A stretch of 64,000 nucleotides of DNA from Vulcanimicrobiota bacterium (lineage in GTDB: Bacteria; Vulcanimicrobiota; Vulcanimicrobiia; Vulcanimicrobiales; Vulcanimicrobiaceae): assembly GCA_963820825.1 (NCBI GenBank), contig CAWGBN010000006.1:480001-544000 (forward strand), in the 5' to 3' direction. Positions 60,524-64,000 of this stretch are shown here, one piece after another (position 1 is the stretch's first letter; every line of letters begins with the position of its first letter). The translations under genes and the position numbers were made by a program. The notes below the pieces were generated by a model. It did no database searches, had not been told where the DNA came from, and saw only the letters and a list, made by a program, of their open reading frames with translations.

Positions 60524-61428
60524 CGCTGGTTGCCGGCATCGACGGCGGGCAGAGCTCGACGGTCGCCGTGATCGGCGACGAGTCGGGACGAATTCTCGGA
60601 CGCGGCGTCGCCGGACCGGCCGATGAAGTCGGCACCGGCAGAGACTCGACGCGCCTGCGCGATGCGTTGCAGGGGGCGCTGGCGGGCGCGTTGCGCGCCG
60701 CAAAGCTTCCCAGCGAGAGCCGGTTCGATGCAATCGTCGCCGGCATCAGCGGCTACGACGGTCGCGTCTACGGACGTCCCGCCGATCTCCCGTCGGCACA
60801 CGGCTCACTCGTGCACGATACGCTCATCGCGCATGCTGCAGCGCTCGGCGGCGCCGCGGGCGTGATCGTCATCGCGGGAACCGGCTCGGTCGTCTACGGT
60901 ACGGCCGAGAGCGGCTGGTCGTGCACGCTGGGCGGTTGGGGGTATCTCTTCGGCGACGAGGGGAGCGCCTTTGCCATCGTGCGCGATGCGCTCGCGCGAA
61001 TGATGCGCGCGCAAGACGAGGGCGATGCGTCGCTCGACGAAGAGAGTCGCGCCGTCTGCGAGTACTTCGGCCTTCCGTCTCTACGGCGCCTCGTGCACGC
61101 GCTCTATAAAGGAGAGCTCAGCCGCGACCGGGTCGCGTCCTTCGCTGCGCCGGCGATGCGCTATCCGAGTCTGCGGCCGATCGCCGATCGCGGTGCCGAC
61201 CGGCTCGCGCTGCTCGTTCGCACGGCGATCGCCATGGGAGCCGCGCCGCGCGTTGCCTTCACCGGCGGCGTCTTCGCCGACAACCGTTTTGCGCAACGGG
61301 TACGCGCCGCGATACTCGACGCGCTTCCGGCAGCAACGATCGTCGAATCGCATTACGAGCCGGCCGAAGGGGCCTTATTGCTTGCCTATCACGCGATCGG
61401 ATTGGACATCTCGGAGCTTAACGGATGA
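60520..61428 (+). CDS. BadF/BadG-type N-acetylhexosamine kinase-like ATPase
   Basis: GIDGGQSST, IAGTGS, GGWGYLFGDEGS. Confidence 0.85.
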   Translation: MTLVAGIDGGQSSTVAVIGDESGRILGRGVAGPADEVGTGRDSTRLRDALQGALAGALRAAKLPSESRFDAIVAGISGYDGRVYGRPADLPSAHGSLVHDTLIAHAAALGGAAGVIVIAGTGSVVYGTAESGWSCTLGGWGYLFGDEGSAFAIVRDALARMMRAQDEGDASLDEESRAVCEYFGLPSLRRLVHALYKGELSRDRVASFAAPAMRYPSLRPIADRGADRLALLVRTAIAMGAAPRVAFTGGVFADNRFAQRVRAAILDALPAATIVESHYEPAEGALLLAYHAIGLDISELNG

Positions 61429-62111
61429 CGCTGCTCGAGCAGATGCGCGGCGGGTTGATCGTCTCGGTTCAAGCATGGCGCGGCTCGGCGCTCGACGATC
61501 CGTACGTGATTGCCGCGATGGCGCGCGCCTGCGAAGCGAACGGTGCCGCCGGCGTCCGCGTGGCCGGCGGCGATCACCTGCGAGCGGTGCGCGCTTGCGT
61601 CGCGCTGCCGATCGTGGGCCTGATCAAACGCGAGTATCGCGGCTTCGAGCCGTACATCACGCCGACGCTCGAGGAAGTCCGCGAGGTCGTCGCCGCCGGC
61701 GCCGAGGTTGTAGCCTTCGATGCGACGCCCCGCCGCCGCCCGGGAGAGATCGTGCTCGAGGATCTGATCGCGGCGATACACGCGCAGGGGCGGCTCGCGC
61801 TCGCCGACTGCGCCACCATCGCGGACGCGCGAGCGGCGGCCGGCTTGGGCGCTGACGCGGTCGCAACCACGCTCTGCGGCTATACGGCGGAGACGGCCGG
61901 TCGACGGCTGCCCGCGCTCGACCTCGTCGCAGCGCTCGGAGAGGTGCCGGCTTTTCGCATCTGTGAAGGCGGCGTCGGGTCCCCGGCGGAGGTGCGCGCC
62001 GCACTCGATGCGGGTGCCGACGCCGTCGTCGTCGGCACCGCGATCACCAACGTCGACGCACTCGTGCGCGATTTTGCAGGGGCGACGGATAGAGTTTTTA
62101 AAGAGCAGTAA
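61425..62111 (+). CDS. nanE: N-acetylmannosamine-6-phosphate 2-epimerase
   Basis: GLIVSVQA, PIVGLIKR, YITPT, TTLCGYT, VVVGTAIT. Confidence 0.92.
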   Translation: MTLLEQMRGGLIVSVQAWRGSALDDPYVIAAMARACEANGAAGVRVAGGDHLRAVRACVALPIVGLIKREYRGFEPYITPTLEEVREVVAAGAEVVAFDATPRRRPGEIVLEDLIAAIHAQGRLALADCATIADARAAAGLGADAVATTLCGYTAETAGRRLPALDLVAALGEVPAFRICEGGVGSPAEVRAALDAGADAVVVGTAITNVDALVRDFAGATDRVFKEQ

Positions 62112-62132
62112 GCGTGAGGAGCGAGTTGTATT

Positions 62133-63227
62133 TTGGTTGAGAACAGAGCGCAGCCCGCGGCGCTCGGCCGCGGATTCTGGACCGCGACGGCGATTATGGC
62201 GCTACTCTCGGTCGCCGCGATCGTTTTCTGGACGACCTTTCCGCTGGAAAAGTATCTTCCGGAGGCAATCGTCACCGCAAGACAGGTCGACATCCTCTTT
62301 CGGTTCATGGCCGCAACGGGCAGCGCCCTTTGGATTTTTGTCGCAGGCTACCTCCTCTATTTCGCCATCGCCTTCCGGGCGCGGCCGAGCGACCCGCCCG
62401 ACGCGATCGGGCTGCAGGTCCACGACAACCCTAAGCTCGAGTTCTGGTGGACGGTCATTCCCTCGCTCTTCGTCATCCTGCTCTCGGTTGTAAGCGTCCG
62501 AATTTGGTACGAGGTGATGCTCGAGCCGCAGAACGGGCTCGTCGTCGAAGCGATCGGCCATCAATTCTATTTCTCGTTCCGCTACCCGCAGATCAACGGC
62601 GAGGTCACCGACGAGATGCACCTTCCGGTCAACGTGCCGGTGACGATGAACCTCACCTCGGCCGACGTGATCCACGGTTTCTGGGTTCCGGCGATGCGCC
62701 TCAAGAACGATACCGTTCCCGGTCTCGTCACGACGATCAAGTTCACACCGAAACTCCCCGGCCGCTATCACATCATCTGCACGCAGTTCTGCGGCGTGCT
62801 GCATAGCGAGATGGACAAGCAGTACCTCGTCATCGAGGATAAGCCGGCATTCGACAAGTGGTACAAGTATTGGCAGCAGAAGAACGCGCACGTCAGCAAC
62901 GCGCTGCCAGCGGTCGGCGGCGGCGCGATTTCGCTCCAAGGCGGCAACGCACCGGCCGGTAAGACGCTCTTCGCCCAAAAGTGCATCGCCTGCCACAAGC
63001 TGGCGCCGTTCAGCCAAACCCTCGTCGGCCCCGGACTCCAGGGCGTGCTGCACGATCCCGCGCATCCGAATCTGGTCAACGGGCAGCCCGCGACGCCGCC
63101 CAACGTAGCCGCGATCCTTCAGAACGGCTACACCGGGAGCATGGGTACGATGCCGAACGCGACGGCAAACGGGCTTTCGGCGCAGGATATTGCGAACTTG
63201 GTAGCATTTCTGGACTCGCTGAAGTGA
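62133..63227 (+). CDS. coxB: Cytochrome c oxidase subunit II with fused cytochrome c
   Basis: DVIHGFWVP, CuA CTQFCGVLHSEM, heme motif CIACH. Confidence 0.93.
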   Translation: MVENRAQPAALGRGFWTATAIMALLSVAAIVFWTTFPLEKYLPEAIVTARQVDILFRFMAATGSALWIFVAGYLLYFAIAFRARPSDPPDAIGLQVHDNPKLEFWWTVIPSLFVILLSVVSVRIWYEVMLEPQNGLVVEAIGHQFYFSFRYPQINGEVTDEMHLPVNVPVTMNLTSADVIHGFWVPAMRLKNDTVPGLVTTIKFTPKLPGRYHIICTQFCGVLHSEMDKQYLVIEDKPAFDKWYKYWQQKNAHVSNALPAVGGGAISLQGGNAPAGKTLFAQKCIACHKLAPFSQTLVGPGLQGVLHDPAHPNLVNGQPATPPNVAAILQNGYTGSMGTMPNATANGLSAQDIANLVAFLDSLK

Positions 63228-63243
63228 GAGAATCAAGAGAAGT

Positions 63244-64000
63244 ATGGCAGTAGCAGCGGTACCTTCCGGCGGGATCGCCGACCACATCCACCCCGAACCT
63301 CAGGGGTTCGTCCGGCGATACGTCTTTTCGCTCGACCATAAGATCATCGGCATCCAGTACATCATCACCGCCTTCGTCTTCTTCATGCTCTCGGGCTTGC
63401 TGGCGGAGGCGATCCGAACGCAGCTCTACAACGCCAACGGCGGCTTCATCGCCGCCGATACCTACAACGAAGTCTATAGCGTCCACGGCAGCGCGATGGT
63501 CTGGCTGGTGATCATCCCGTTGCTGACCGGAGGATTCGGCAATCTCGTCTTCCCGATTCAGATCGGCGCGCGCGACGTCGCCTTCCCCTGGCTCAACATG
63601 CTGAGCTTCTGGATCTTCCCGGTCTCGGGCCTCATGCTCTTCTCGTCGTTCCTGATGGGGGCGCCGACCGCCGGCTGGATGGAGTATCCGCCCGTTTCGC
63701 TACAGGGAGCGGCCGGTACGTCGATGTGGGCCGCGGCGATCTTCTTAGTCGGCGTCGAGCTCGACCATGACGGGTATCAACTTCGTGGTGACGATCTTGA
63801 AGATGCGCGCGCCTGGGATGACCTTTACGCGCATGCCGCTCTTCGTCTGGGGTCAGTTTGCGACCGCGCCGCTCTTGATGATTGCGACGACGGCGCTCGC
63901 CGCCGCGCTCGCCGCGCTCTTTATCGAGCGCCAGTTCGGCGTGCCATTCTACGATCCGACCAAAGGCGGCAGCCCGGTGATGTGGCAGCACATGTTCTGG
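63244..64000 (+). CDS. coxA: Cytochrome c oxidase subunit I, partial (frameshift near 63757)
   Basis: DHKIIGIQY, HGSAM, QIGARDVAFP, GWMEYPP, then a shifted frame with INFVVTILKMRAPGM and WQHMFW at the window edge. Confidence 0.9.
   Translation, partial: MAVAAVPSGGIADHIHPEPQGFVRRYVFSLDHKIIGIQYIITAFVFFMLSGLLAEAIRTQLYNANGGFIAADTYNEVYSVHGSAMVWLVIIPLLTGGFGNLVFPIQIGARDVAFPWLNMLSFWIFPVSGLMLFSSFLMGAPTAGWMEYPPVSLQGAAGTSMWAAAIFLVGVELDHDGYQLRGDDLEDARAWDDLYAHAALRLGSVCDRAALDDCDDGARRRARRALYRAPVRRAILRSDQRRQPGDVAAHVL

Overview
GC-rich bacterial window; the many LAGC-type lipoproteins, XRE-ATPase-TPR regulators and phosphoesterase suggest a soil organism such as Eremiobacterota (inference only). (1) 0.5-18 kb: a tandem array of three integrase-less cargo segments delimited by four copies of a tRNA-Sec-type 3' end (TCCTACACGCTCCCGCCA). 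Three copies sit in a conserved ~200-bp repeat with a hairpin and CTACAC arm-like repeats. The cargo is two inverted paralogous lipoprotein/XRE-ATPase-TPR modules and a CstR-like/SQR/RND efflux module. (2) 18-23.6 kb: Cas4-like nuclease, an IS3 element and secreted/lipoprotein genes. (3) 23.6-40.6 kb: a ~17-kb co-oriented operon with five large related proteins of unknown function, then a DMATS-like prenyltransferase, a squalene-cyclase-fold protein, a lytic transglycosylase, an M15 peptidase and an alpha/beta hydrolase (the last two with Asp/Ser-rich leaders) and a GT9 glycosyltransferase. This is the best candidate for an undescribed system. (4) 41.9-64 kb: core-like genes (rpiA, phosphoesterase, RGPP-ending leader gene plus TonB-dependent receptor, GH20/nanE amino-sugar cluster, APC permease, cytochrome c oxidase II and I). 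Several single-base frameshifts, including one in cox subunit I, suggest assembly indels rather than real pseudogenes. All functional calls come from motif recognition by eye; no searches were run.
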